DNA of 64,000 nt, from NCBI RefSeq assembly GCF_964194025.1, contig NC_134475.1, forward strand, positions 10,168,001 through 10,232,000. The letters run 5' to 3'. The notes under the pieces were generated by a model that saw only the letters and a list, made by a program, of their open reading frames with translations, was not told the DNA's origin and searched no databases. Positions 26,542-39,280 of the stretch are shown piece by piece. This DNA is from Convolutriloba macropyga. Its lineage: Eukaryota. Each line of letters begins with the position of its first letter. Positions within the stretch are counted from its first letter, which is position 1. The translations under genes were made by a program, and so were the position numbers.

Positions 26542-27292
26542 GTTTAATGTACCAAAACAATAGTTCTTGCAATAGTCTCTCCTTGACTCCTTCAGTTTTC
26601 AATTGTAATGCTTGAGCTAAAGTAATAGTGATAATAACGGGATGTTTCCTCGGACTGTTTTGTTGTATTTACAATTGGGAATTGGAGTCGCTATGATCAC
26701 TTTGATGTTGTTTTGGCTAATAATTAAAATTGCTCGATAGCCTCTTTCCTGGCCAAAAGAGATTGGACATTAATGGCGGGCAGTTTTCTTAGGTGAGATT
26801 GCCCTGGGCTGCTCAGAGGAGCTTTCAAAGAGGGTTTAGAGAACTCTGTCGGGAACAATGTGTCGGTGTAAAATCAATAGGTACTTGATCCTGTTCTTGA
26901 GCAATTGCGAATTTTTCGCTGGGATGACGAGATTGATATCAAAGCGTAAGAATAACTAATTTCCTCGATAAATGGAACCGTATGAGTTAAATATGAGCAT
27001 AAATAGCTTATACATTGAGGTGAAAGAGGCCATTCTCCACGATTAGCTTAATTTAACAAATGGGCACAATGGTTTCAACATTAGTCGTCAGAAAAGAGGG
27101 GGTTTGTCGCGCCGTTTTAGACACATTTCTCCCAAAACCCCACGTCCACCGAGATTCGAATCTCGGTGTTAGCGGATGTTCTGGTAGAAATGTGTCAAAA
27201 AGTGTGCGACAGAGCGCGTCTTTTCGCATTAGTGCGTACATCAACCAATACAGTGGCTAAAAAGTGATTGATGCGCTTTTCAGGTGTGCTTT

Positions 27293-28198
27293 ATGACTAT
27301 AGCCACTATTAGTAACAACAGAAGCAGAAGCATGCAGTCCAAGTCTGTGGCGGTGCACGTGATCAACTGCCTGTGCACTGTTTTGCTGACGTCATACCCC
27401 ATCTCCTTAGCCTTCTTGCTGCTCCTCTCTCTTGTTACGTCATCACAGGCATTGGAAGTCATGTGGGCTGTAAACTGCGGAGGACATCATCACATTGACG
27501 AGAATGGAATCCAGTACCTAGAGGACCCACTACGCACGGGCATCGCGTCTGACTATGGCAAAGCTCTGTCTATACAGAGGGTGTCGAGGCACGACGCTAT
27601 TTTGTATCAAACTGAGAGATATCATACCAATTCGTTCTCTTATGAAGTTAATCTGCCAGATGGTGACTTTGTGCTGGTTATGAAGTTTGCTGAAGTTTAT
27701 TTCACGTCTTCTCGACAGAAAGTCTTCAATATTATGCTCAATGACCAGCACGTAGTTGTTCGGGACCTAGACATATTCGATAAAGTTGGGCTAGGTCGGG
27801 CCCATGATGAGATTATACCCTTTACAATTAGAAATGGCAAATTGGTTGTTATCAACGAGGCGTCCACGTTTAACAACGTGCTCAGAGTGACCTTTGTCAA
27901 GACACATTACGACAACCCGAAAATCAACGCTCTATATATCATTCGTGGACGCGCTGATGATGTTCCGAAGCTGCCGCCATTGTTCTCGGATGACATGCAA
28001 CAGCAGCAGGCCAGACGCAAAGTTGACCCCTTCGATGATTCTGATCTGGCAGCGGACAAACAGAAGACCAAGTTTAATAAGAGATCAGGCGCACTGGTTG
28101 AGGATCCATATGCTGACCAGGATGCCAATTTCTTCTGGCCCATTTTCTGCTCTGTGGTTGCATTTATCCCAATTCTGATTTGTCTGTGTAAAATGTAA
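27293..28198 (+). CDS. MLEC: Malectin (ER carbohydrate-binding membrane protein), single coding exon, 301 aa
   Basis: Hydrophobic leader, AVNCGG, ASDYG, ILYQTERY, KFAEVYF, DLDIF..AHDE, YDNPK and a C-terminal TM segment ending AFIPILICLCKM; the start could alternatively be the second Met. Confidence 0.95.
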   Translation: MTIATISNNRSRSMQSKSVAVHVINCLCTVLLTSYPISLAFLLLLSLVTSSQALEVMWAVNCGGHHHIDENGIQYLEDPLRTGIASDYGKALSIQRVSRHDAILYQTERYHTNSFSYEVNLPDGDFVLVMKFAEVYFTSSRQKVFNIMLNDQHVVVRDLDIFDKVGLGRAHDEIIPFTIRNGKLVVINEASTFNNVLRVTFVKTHYDNPKINALYIIRGRADDVPKLPPLFSDDMQQQQARRKVDPFDDSDLAADKQKTKFNKRSGALVEDPYADQDANFFWPIFCSVVAFIPILICLCKM

Positions 28199-29715
28199 CA
28201 AAGTGCTGCCGATAGTTGCCGTGTAACAATGGAATTGGGAACAACTTGAAACTGTGATAAAATATTTAATACTGAGATCTGACAATGATATTAAGGTTTC
28301 GTCGAATTGGCGTGCTTATAGCTATACAATCTGTTTATATGTTGTTTCATTTCGTATTCTGTATAAAGTTGTTCTAGTATTTGTTTCCTTCGGCTGCTGA
28401 TAATGCTACTGTATTAATGGGACTGTTATTCGCGACATCAGTCGTTGTTGTGCGTTATATATAGACCATTATTTGGCTTTGATCTTGGTGTTCATTTTTT
28501 GCATTGGATTAACCTAAATTTTTCTCGGCCATTACTTCAAGCTGCATTTGCCAATTTACTATTATATTCGTTTTTGCTCCCTACAATTTAGGCAATAAAA
28601 TGTAAAAAAAAATTATGTACTGCACGTTTTTTATTGAGGCATAGAGAAAGTAAACTTACGCCGACAATATCTGTAGTACCAATATGTTCTGTATATATAT
28701 TCTTCCGATATATTAAGGAAACAGCTTAACCCAGAAGGACAAAAGCCAAGTCGGAAAAGTGTTTGAGAAAATATACGAATTTTATATGCTGTCCGGTTTT
28801 CATCTTCCGAACTTCAGAAGATCATCCGAACTTCAGCCTAACATCATAGCTAAGCATCAGTCATGCCTTTATCAGAAAAAAGTGGAGATTTTATATCGAG
28901 TCTAAAAGTTTTCAAGGTTTAATGGTGGTTTATGTGACACAAAGGTTTTACGAACTTGAAATTTTGTCTTTTGTGGCCATTTATTAAATACCCACTCCAT
29001 TAAAAACGATGCACCAATCGATGTCTTGCGATAGTTTAGCAAACCTTCTCAAGATTAATATGTATCCACAGCCTGCGTTTTATGCCATGTCTTGCTTTTA
29101 GTTAGCTTACGTTGGACATACATTTTTTAACCTCAGCATCTGCTTATGAATATGCGCCAACCTTTTCAAATTTAGATGAAAGATTTTGTTTAAAGCTATT
29201 TACTTCTCAAAAACATCCTACAAGCAGCGTCCAAATTAATCTTTTCAACTAACATGAATTAGCAGCTCGACAATTTGAAAGTTCTAGAACTTTAAAAGAG
29301 TTAAAGTGGCAAAGACCACAACAAAAAAGAAAGTAGTTTTTAACAGCCGGGAAGTGTAGTGAAACTTTTATTGATAACACGAGGGCGGTTTTTGTCACCA
29401 AAGTCCTTTTCGAGTTTGCTAAAATAAGTGAACCAATTCGTTTTGCGGTTAAAGCAAATAGTAGTGGTTATGGATTCAAAGGACAGTTGTAAATTGCGCT
29501 GTAATTTACTCTAAGTGCTTTGCATCTTACCGACAAGATTTTAAACTCAAGGGTTGGGGACAAATATTTTTTTCGTCAAAGGGCAGATATTTCAATTTTT
29601 TAGAGTCCCAATAATTTAATTTAGTTCTATTTTAAATGAAGGAGCCAGCTGATCAGAAGAAATTTATAAATTTGAAAAAGAATAGTCGTTTTTAATATTT
29701 ATTTTTCTATATATA

Positions 29716-32156
29716 CAAGGAGGCTCGGTAATGTGCGATCACACAAAGTTCCGACCCCGCTCATCCACAATTTTGGCATAATTGTCTACCAAATGAGGAA
29801 GAGATGGAAAAACACAAAGTAATTTTCAAAAAAAAACTGGTGTATGAACGAAAAGATAGCCTCCAAAGCAAATAACTCAGTGGAGTAAAAAATGATGCAT
29901 TAGATTGATGAGATATGCCGATATTAAGAAAGCGAGCGACGACGAACGGCAAAATCAAACAACAACATACATTAATTACATCAAAAAATTTATGTCCGTT
30001 TTAAAAAACAAAACTTAATAACAAAGTCAAAATAGCGTCAGATAAAACTGAAAATAAACAAAATAACTTGTTATTCACCAGAAAAAATGGTTATTCACCA
30101 GTTCATAATAAAGCTTGGTAACAATTAGACAGAAAAGAACAGAAACTTTAAAGTTAGAAAATTCGCTGAATTAAAAAAAAACAAGTATTGAAAACCATTA
30201 GGAATCAACTAAAATATCCCATAGGTTTACAGTTACCAATGCTTGCTTCTATAGATGGGAATTAAGAACTCTTGGTATTCAATTTTTTATGGAGTTAAAA
30301 AAAAGAACAACAAATAGTCAACAAACTAAAAATCAATTAAAACCTGAAAGAAAATGCTTTGGAAGCCGTAAAGCCATACTTTGGGCCCCAAAATATGTTC
30401 GATTGCACCTTCGTCGAACACCAATAATGTATCATGTGGCCGCTCATTAATGAAAATAGGCAACAATTAGACAAAAAAATGCTAAATTATGTAATACTTT
30501 ATTATAATTTATTTCCAAAGACATAAAAGCCATTAATTACAAAATGAAAAAATTGAACAGGTTCGTCAATTCTTCCAAAGGAAACCCCTGAGACCTGCAA
30601 TTATACAGAATATGTCTTACGCCTACAAAAAGAACGTCAATTATGACAAAAAATCGAAAATTCATTTACTTTTGTGAAAAATCCGTGTGGAAGCCAGTAA
30701 AGTCATAACGAATTCTCTTAAAACATTAGATTTTGTGACACTAATCCTTTTTGACACATTCCCTTGAAATTTATTATGTCACCTCTCATTAATGAAACTA
30801 GGTAACAATTAGACCCAAAAGAAAAAAGTAAGATTATGTAATACTTATTTTTATCGAAAAAAATTTATTTCCAAAGACATGAAAGCCATTAATTACAAAA
30901 TGAAAAAATTGAATAGGTTCGTTTATTCTTCCAAAGGAAGCCCTCTAGACCTGCAATTATCCAGAACAAGTCTGACGTCTACAAAAAGAACGTCAAATAT
31001 GACAAAAATCAAAAATTAATTTACTTTTTGTGTGAGAAACCCGTGTCGAAGCCAGTAAATTCATAACGAATTCTTTAAACATTAGATTTTGTGACACCAA
31101 TCCCTTTTGACACCTTCCCTTGACAAAACTTATGTCATATTTAACCTTTAATTAACGAGACCAGGTAACAAACAGACAATAAAAGGAACAAAATTGCGAT
31201 GTTGAAATGTTTTTTTTTTCATTTTGGAAATCAATTGTTTTCAAAGTCATGAAAGTCATTATCTATTAAATACGACAAAAAAGGCAAAGTAAAAACTACA
31301 GTTTAAGACAAAATTAAAAAATTCAATTAAATTTTTCGAGAAAGTACTGTCGAAGCGGTAAATAACCACAATCTATATCGTTGAGGATTTAAATATTATC
31401 AATTGTGCGTTATTTTGAACGCGAAAAATATGATATATGAACTGACAATAACGTGATAATTTGACAAAACTAGAAAACTTGAAAAATGGGCCAATAACTA
31501 AAAATCAAAAAAATTGTGAAATCTAGTAGTATCAAAGCCAGAACACCATAACTTAAGGCGTAAAACCGCCATAAAGTCTAAATTTGAATTCAGCAGAAAG
31601 AAGGAGCACTCTGTGATTGCTGCCACTAAGCTACAAGTTGACCAAATTAAGAGGAAAATGGAGGCAAAGTTCAATAAGCAATTTTTTATTTAAAAATGTC
31701 AAAACGACCATAAGCTTTCAAGCAATCAACTAGATGCATTAATTTCAAGCTAATTAGGAAGCCAATAGGACCTATCACTAGTGAGCTTTGATTTGAAATG
31801 TTTTGTTATTTAATTAAAACAATATATTTTGTATTTAAACGTAAAATCAACAACAGTTTCTTGAAAAGTTTTATTCAATTTTATCAAAATTGGGAAATTT
31901 TAGTCAAAAGTTCCGAAAAAAGTGAATGAAATCAACGGAATTCACTCTATTTTTTCAAAAGTTTAAACCTCGATATCTCCCTGTCAAAAATGAAAATCAA
32001 AAAAATCTTTTTAATTCCATATTCTAGGCTGGACAAGCTTTCTAATGATACCAGTCTCAACTCTCTACGATGAATGAATCGATCAGCCAAAATTGACTGA
32101 ACAAAAAAACCCATTTGAGAATATTGTTCCTCCCCCCTGAAGAGGGCTCGGAACAA
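29716..32156 (-). mobile_element. HINE-like family C copy (reverse); partial duplicate at 33421-34458
   Basis: Reverse complements of both family-C termini (caaggaggctcggtaatgtgcg..gttccgacccc; gttcctcccccc..cggaacaa). Confidence 0.72.
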
Positions 32157-35100
32157 AAAACATTAAAAGCTGTTTGGCAGTATTGGTTTTATTTTCATCT
32201 TATTTCATCGTAGTGTTCTATGTATATAATAAGATCTATTATCGGCCTTCTCTTGTTTGAATTGTAATGGGCGGTGTCTTTTAAGATCTGTTCACACATT
32301 CATGATTTTTGAAGTCAAATTGAAGTGATGATTTTGGATACGCCACAACACGAAGTGGAGCGGAAAAGCAAGTGGTTTTGCAAAATGAATTTTCTTTGCT
32401 GTGATGTTCAAGTAGAGTGAAAACGGTGTTTGAATGTTAAATTTGTTTCGATTTTTAATGGGTTTCCCAAATGCGTCCATTCTAGTTTGAGTTTTTTGTG
32501 CGTGATGTCATTTTCACTCTTAGTGGAGCAAGTTTGTTCATTCGCTTGATTGAAATTTTGGTCACATGTGACTTACCACACTATCAAAAATGATTTCCGC
32601 ACTCTGAAATTGACTTCTTTTCTTTAATTCAAAGAGATAAGGGCAAGTGTGTGTGTCACTCTAATTGATTAATATTTGAGGGCAACAATTATTTTTACAT
32701 ATTCTTAATCAAAATATGACATATCAGCAATTAGCAAAAAAGATAGAAATTTTTTTTCGGTCTGTTTTTTTGAAATCTTTTTGATGCCACAGATCCACGA
32801 AGCTATCGCGGCTATTTCCTGGCGATCTGGCAGCTATGTTACGGCCCTTGGCCCTTATTAGATACAGCACTGTGAAATAAAGTGCCTGTTTCTCTTTCTA
32901 GAGAGATCCGTCGGTTCTAATTTTTTAAACGAGTGCTGTGGCCTCTGTTTATTGTCGCCTTTTGACTCCTCCGTGTCGAGATCTTGATTATAAAGTAGTC
33001 TTTGTCCATATTTTAAAGAAATGTGAGTATTTTTATGGCTGTCATTTTTTTCCGATGTTTTTTTACTCTATAGCTATACCTGAAAATGGTTGTGCGTGTA
33101 TCATCGGTAATAAGCAAATTGACAGAATTTTCTAAAACCATTATTCTGCCCGATAAGAGCTTCGCTAAAATTCGTTTCTTTGACCTTACAAACTTGGCGT
33201 GAGCACAGGCTAATCGTGTTTCATAGAAGAGAGTTTTCTGAACATTGCTGCAATGGATATGAGCTTTTGGAGGATAACAATAAAATTATTTTTCGAAAAA
33301 CTAGTGAATCATTATCAAAGTATTTGCGTTGAAAAATTAAAGCTATAAATCTGGTGGGCTGGCATTTTGACGTATGCAAACTTGTGGTGGGGTTATTAGG
33401 TCAATTTAAGCAATGTAAGTGTCATATTCAACCTTTATTTAACGAGACCAGGTAACAAACAGACAATAAAAGGAACAAATTTGCGATGTTGAAATGTTTT
33501 TTTTTTCATTTTGGAAATCAATTGTTTTCAAAGTCATGAAAGCCATTATCTATCTTCTAGTATCAGAACATAGGCTAATCTACTCTTCCGGGAAAAGCCA
33601 ATCAGACCGGGTCATTGTACAGGAAATTAAATACGACTAAAAAGACAAAGTAAAAACGACAGTTAAAGACAAAATTAAAAAATTCAATTAAATTTTTCGA
33701 GAAAGTACTGTCGAAGCGGTAAATAGCCACAATCTATATCTTTGAGGATTTAAATATTATCAATTGTGCGTTGTTTTTAACACGAAAAATGTGATATATG
33801 AACTGACAATAACGTGATAATATGACAAAACTAGAAAACATGAAAAATGGGCAAATACCTAAAAATTAAAAAAAATTGTGAAATCTAGTAGTATCAAAGC
33901 CAGAACACCATAACTTAAGGCGTAAAACCGCAATAAAGTCTAAATTTGAATTCAGCAGAAAGAAGGAGCACTCTTTGATTGCTGACACTCAGCTACAAGT
34001 TGACCAAATTAAGAGAAAAATGGAAGCAAAGTTCATTAAGCCATTTTTTATTTAAAAATCAAATACTTTAGAAGTCAAAACGACCATAAGCTTTCAAGCA
34101 ATCAACTAGATGCATTATTTTCAAGCTAATTAGCCAATAGGACCTATCACTAGTGAGCTTTGATTTGAAATGTTTTGTTATTTAATTAAAACAATATATT
34201 TTGTATTTAAACGTAAAATCAACAACAGTTTCTTGAAAAATTTTATTCAATTTTATCAAAATTGGGAAATTTTAGTCAAAATCTCTCTGTCAAAAATGAA
34301 AATCAAATAATCCTAATTCCATATTCTAGGCTGGACAAGCTTTCTAATGATACCAGTCTCAACTCTCTACGATGAATATATCGATCGGCCAAAATTGACT
34401 GAACAAAAAAACCCATTTGAGTTTTTAGTTCCTCCCCCCTCAAGAGGGGTCGGAACAAAAAACATTAAAAGCTGTTTGGCAAAATTGGTTTTTTTTTCAT
34501 TTTATTTCATCGTAGTGTTCTATGTGTATGATAAGATCTATTATCGGCCTTCTCTTGTTTGAATTGTAATGGGCGCTGTCTTTTAAGATCTGTTCACACA
34601 TTCATGATTTTTGTTGTCAAATTGAAGTGACGATTTTGGATACGCCACAACACGAAGTGGAGCGGAAAAGCAAGTGGTTTTGCAAAATGAATTTTCTTCG
34701 CTGTAATTTTCATGTAGAGTGAAAACGGTGTTTGAACAAAAATTCGCTTTCTTGCTATCGGTATTTTGTTTACATGTGGCATTTTTACATTGATTTTTGC
34801 TTTGTTTCGATTTTTAATGGGTTTTCCAATTGCGTCCATTCTAGTTTGAGTTTCTTGTGCGTGATGTCATTTTCACTCTTAGTGGAGCAAGTTTTTTTGT
34901 TCATTCTCGTGATTGAAATTTTGGTCACATGTGACTTACCACACTATCAAAAATGACTTCCGCACTCTGAAATTGACTTCTTTTCTTTAATTCAAAGAGA
35001 TAAGGGCAAATAAGTGTGTGTCACTCTAATTGATCATTATTTGAGGGCAACAATTATTTATACATATTCTTAATCAAAATATGACATGCCAGCAATTAAC

Positions 35101-35782
35101 AAAAAAGATAGAAATTTCTTTTTCGGTCTGTTTTTTTTTTAAAATCTTTTGATGCCACAGATCCACGAAGCTATCGCGGCTATTTCCTGGCGATCTGGCA
35201 GCTATGTTACGGCCCTTGGCTCTTATTAGATACAGCACTGTGAAATAAAGTGCCTGTTTCTCTTTCTAGAGAGATCCGTCGGTTCTGATTTTTTAAACGA
35301 GTGCTGTGGCCTCTGTTTATTGTCGCCTTTTGACTCCTCCGTGTCGAGATCTTGATTATAAAGTAGTCTTTGTCCATATTTTAAAGAAATGTGAGTATTT
35401 TTATGGCTGTCATTTTTTTTCCGATGTTTTTTTTACTCTATAGCTATATCTGAAAATGGTTGTGCGTGTATCATCGGTAATAAGCAAATTGACAGAATTT
35501 TCTAAAACCATTATTCTGCCCAATAAGAGCTTCGCTAAAATTCGTTTCTTTGACCTTACAAACTTGGCGTGAGCACAGGCTAATCGTGTTTCATAGAAGA
35601 GTTTTTTGAACATTGCTGCAATGGATATGAGCTTTTGGAGGATAACAATCAAATTATTTTTCGAAAAACTAGTGAATCATTATCAAAGTATTTGCGTTGA
35701 AAAATTAAAGCTATAAATCTGGTGGGTTGACGTATGCAATCTTGTGGTGGGGTTATTAGGTCAATTTAAGCAATGTAAGTGT
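31133..35782. repeat. ~2.3-kb tandem duplication (31133-33420 / 33421-35782)
   Basis: Both units begin gtcatatt(t/c)aacctt and end ggtcaatttaagcaatgtaagt; high identity with unit-specific indels. Confidence 0.9.
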
Positions 35783-35900
35783 GGCATATGCATTAATTGC
35801 TTAGTATGCATTACAATATTGCGGTTTTTAGACGTTTTTAGTTTTTCTAAAACGGCGATATAGGGTTGTAGCTTTTTTTCAGGTTTTTTTAAATCTAAAA

Positions 35901-36158
35901 ATGGCCTCTGGAATGGGAATGAATCAACAAGACGTTGAGATCAAAGTTTTCAAAGAGTTCCTCCAGTCGTACAACAGACTGACCCAAATATGCTTTCAAC
36001 AGTGTGTAAACGACTTTACAAGTCGCAAAGTGGCAAAAGAGGAATCGGACTGTGCCAAAAGGTGTGTTGACAAGTATTTGAACACTACGCAGAGACTATC
36101 CCAGAGGTTCCAAGAGTACAATTCTGCAATGAATGAGTCAATTCTACCTCAGAAGTGA
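35901..36158 (+). CDS. TIMM9: Mitochondrial small Tim chaperone Tim9, 85 aa
   Basis: Twin CX3C (CFQQC, CAKRC); FKEFLQSYNRLT..DFTSR..KYL..TQRLSQRFQEY matches Tim9; AATAAA at 36214. Confidence 0.95.
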   Translation: MASGMGMNQQDVEIKVFKEFLQSYNRLTQICFQQCVNDFTSRKVAKEESDCAKRCVDKYLNTTQRLSQRFQEYNSAMNESILPQK

Positions 36159-36408
36159 TTTTCATATTCGATAATTCTGATAGAAATCACTTATATTGGC
36201 TGAGCATATCAAGAATAAACGAATGGGCTGTTCAAGACATTGATGACGTTGCGTTCAGTGATGGAAAATTGATATATCTGGGAAAAGTTGTTTTGGTATG
36301 ACATTTTGAGACTGATCAAATTTAATTTTTAAGCACTAGTATATTTTAATTAGGGTCAGGTAAAGGTGTGAGTTGGAAGCTGCGAAAAAATTGATAGTTG
36401 ATTTGTCG

Positions 36409-39280
36409 TTAATAGACGCGAAGCGATAGCGATGAAATTGAATTGTATTGGAGCGCTGTTTTTACAATTCGAAGAGGAGCTATGGTAATCTTTTTTGAGC
36501 AGATGCTAATGATTAAGGTGTGCCGTTTTTGGCTCACGTTTCATTAAGTTAACTGTGGTATGAGGTATTTCTAACCCCTAATTAGATTCTTCGAAGGAAA
36601 CAGAAATCGCAGCAAATGGAACATTTAAGAGCTCGACCTAAAGAATTATAGACAGAAAATAAAGATTTTTGAATTAGGATCTATTCCACTGCTTAACGAT
36701 GTTTTTAAAAATATTTGGATGCAAATTTTGATTTAGTAGCTCTACCTGAAATTGCCAACAGTCTTTTACTTATTGTTGTTGCAGGGTCTAACTTTTTTAT
36801 TTATTATAAATCTGTGGCGTTTTGTTTTATGGAATTTCTCATTTTATCCTCCTTATTGTAAAACGTTGCCTTCATAATATTTACTTTGTCTACTTGGTTA
36901 TTAATCGTCAGCTGTTCACCAGGTTTCTAATTTTAACAGATTTTTATTTTTGGCTGTAATGGTTTTTTCAGGCTTCATTTTTAATTTCCGCGTTAGCAAT
37001 TCCAGGCGGCTATTATTGCGCTCCTGTTTTTTACAATTCAAAGAATTTGAATTGTATTGGGGCGCTGTGTTTTTTTAAGATGTGTTCACACATTTTTCAA
37101 TGACTTTGATCTTTCAAAACGGGATAAACAGGTAAAGCCCAGCGGGCATTAGGTTCATTAGAGACCCAAAGTGGACCCTGGTGGGATGGCCTCAATATAA
37201 TGTTAAAAGGTCATTTTTAGGAGTTTTTGGACTCAAAATGGTGCATTTTTTTATTTTTTAAGTTTTTTGTTTGATTAGTCTTAGGCTCAAGTTTTAAAGA
37301 GTTGATGAAGGCCTTTTGCGAGACAAAATTACTCGTGACCATTTTATGAGCTATATATTTTGGTACTACAAACACAAACACGCAAAATGATACCAATTTT
37401 TGCAATTTTTTTTAAGTTATTGAAAATGTTTGTCATGAGTTTTGAAGCTTCAGCGGCCAGGGAATCTCCTTTAAGATTTGATATTAGGGCGCTGTGTAGT
37501 TTCTAGTAACAATCGATTGGTTTTCAAGATTTTAATGTCTCGAATTTGAGCATTTTGATAAAATCTGCAATTTTTTTAAGGTTTCCTTGAGTTTTTGTCA
37601 ATTTTTAATATTTATCCATTCTCAAGTGCCAGGAAACCTATTCTACGGTCTGGAAAAAAGTTTCTGGGTGGTTGCTAGTTTCAATGAATTTGTTTTCAAC
37701 AATTTAACCTGTCATTTTAAAAATTTATTGCCTATCGATCTTTGAACCGATTAATTTTTTAAGACTTGAAATTGGGTTACTGGATAGCCTCTAGAGACAC
37801 AGAAATGATTCTTAAGGTATTAATCTTACAATTTTCAGCAACATTTCTTTAAAATTTGTTTAATTTTTTAAATGTTTTTGGTCATTTTCGAGCTAATCGA
37901 TCTTCAAGGGCAATGAATTTTTTCAGGCCTTGCATATATAATACTGCAGCAATTTCGGAATCAAAAATTGGTTTCGAACATATTTTTGAAATTGGTTTAT
38001 TTAAGGGGATCAAATTTTGCTTTAGGGGTAAAAGCTTCAAATTTTTAGCATTGATTTATTTTGTTTAGTTTGTTTGATTGTTTGTTTCTCAATTTTTTTT
38101 AGATGATTTTGTTTGTGTTTTGGCTGGCATTGCTCAATTGATCTGCTGATCAGGTGGACTATTTCTAAGTTTTTCATTCAATTCTTTGAATTGTTTTTCC
38201 GGACTTGTCCTGCTAAGTTTTTTACAATTCAAAGAATTTGAATTGTATTGGGGCGCTGTCTTTTTTTTTAAGATCTGTTCACATATTTTCATGATTTTTG
38301 AAGTCAAATTGGAGTGGTGATTTTGGTCACGCCGAAACAGGAAATGGGGCGAAAAAGCGAGTGGTTTTGCGGCGTGAATTTTATTCGCTGTAATCTTAAA
38401 GTAGAGTGAGAAAACGGTGTTTGAACAAAATTTCAGTTTCTCGGTAGTGGTTTTTTGTTCACATGCGGCAATTTCACTCTGATTTTTACTGTTTTTTTAT
38501 TTTTTGGATGGGATTTTTTTCTAAATAGTTTTTCCAATCCATTACAGCTCATTCTGGACCTAGTTTTTTGTTAGAATCAAAATTACATATCTCACTAGTG
38601 GATTTTTGTTCTCCCTAGCAGCATTTTGACATTGATTTTCTGCTTTTTTTTGTGTTTTTTTCATCTGATTTTTTTAGAAATGGTTTTCCCAATTCACTCA
38701 TTGTCCGTTCTAGGTCTAGTTGTTTGCTAAGTCAATGAAAAATCTTTGAATTGTACGTCAGGACTTGTCCTGCTTTTTTTTACTTCGTCTAACAGATTTT
38801 TGTTTCGTCTTACCCTGACTTGGAATTGACTTTTTCAATGACTTCAGTGACTTCTACTGCTTTGCAGTTAAATTTTCTGTTCGCGACGTCATTTCTGCTT
38901 TTAGGTTAATTGCGTGACTTACCTCACTCGAAAAAATGACTGCTGAACTCACTTATGGAACTTCAAATTTTTTGAACATTTACTAATTAAAGGTCAATAG
39001 TGTGCATCTAAGTAGTGCCAAATTATATGCCCTAATTCCTGAGTAACAAAGTCTGGAGTTTTAATATCGAATATTAATGCTGAAAAAGCTGCATTAGGGC
39101 TTTTTATTTGTAGAGCAAATGTGTCTCATAAAAATGACAGTCTGAATCTAACCCAAAAAGTCTAGTGGTCTATTAAAAAGCTGGTGGTCGATCTGTCAAT
39201 CTTATTTATTTAGCTGTTTCAATTCATGATAGGCCACAAGCGTCTATCGCGGCTATTTTCCGGCAATCTGCCGGCTATGC
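36409..39280 (+). mobile_element. Long HINE family A mosaic downstream of TIMM9
   Basis: taatagacgcgaagcgatagc ... gcggctattttccggcaatctgccggctatg; modules shared with 9010, 11360 and 14750. Confidence 0.68.

Noticed and set aside
27530-28285. Overlapping and antisense ORFs on malectin (likewise on eIF3L exons, NSUN5 and the LINE)
   Set aside because: Shadow frames of real coding sequence with no recognisable motifs
35901-36158. TIMM9 or malectin as processed pseudogenes
   Set aside because: Single coding exons, but frames and key residues are intact, there is no poly(A) tail or TSD, and each has an upstream acceptor
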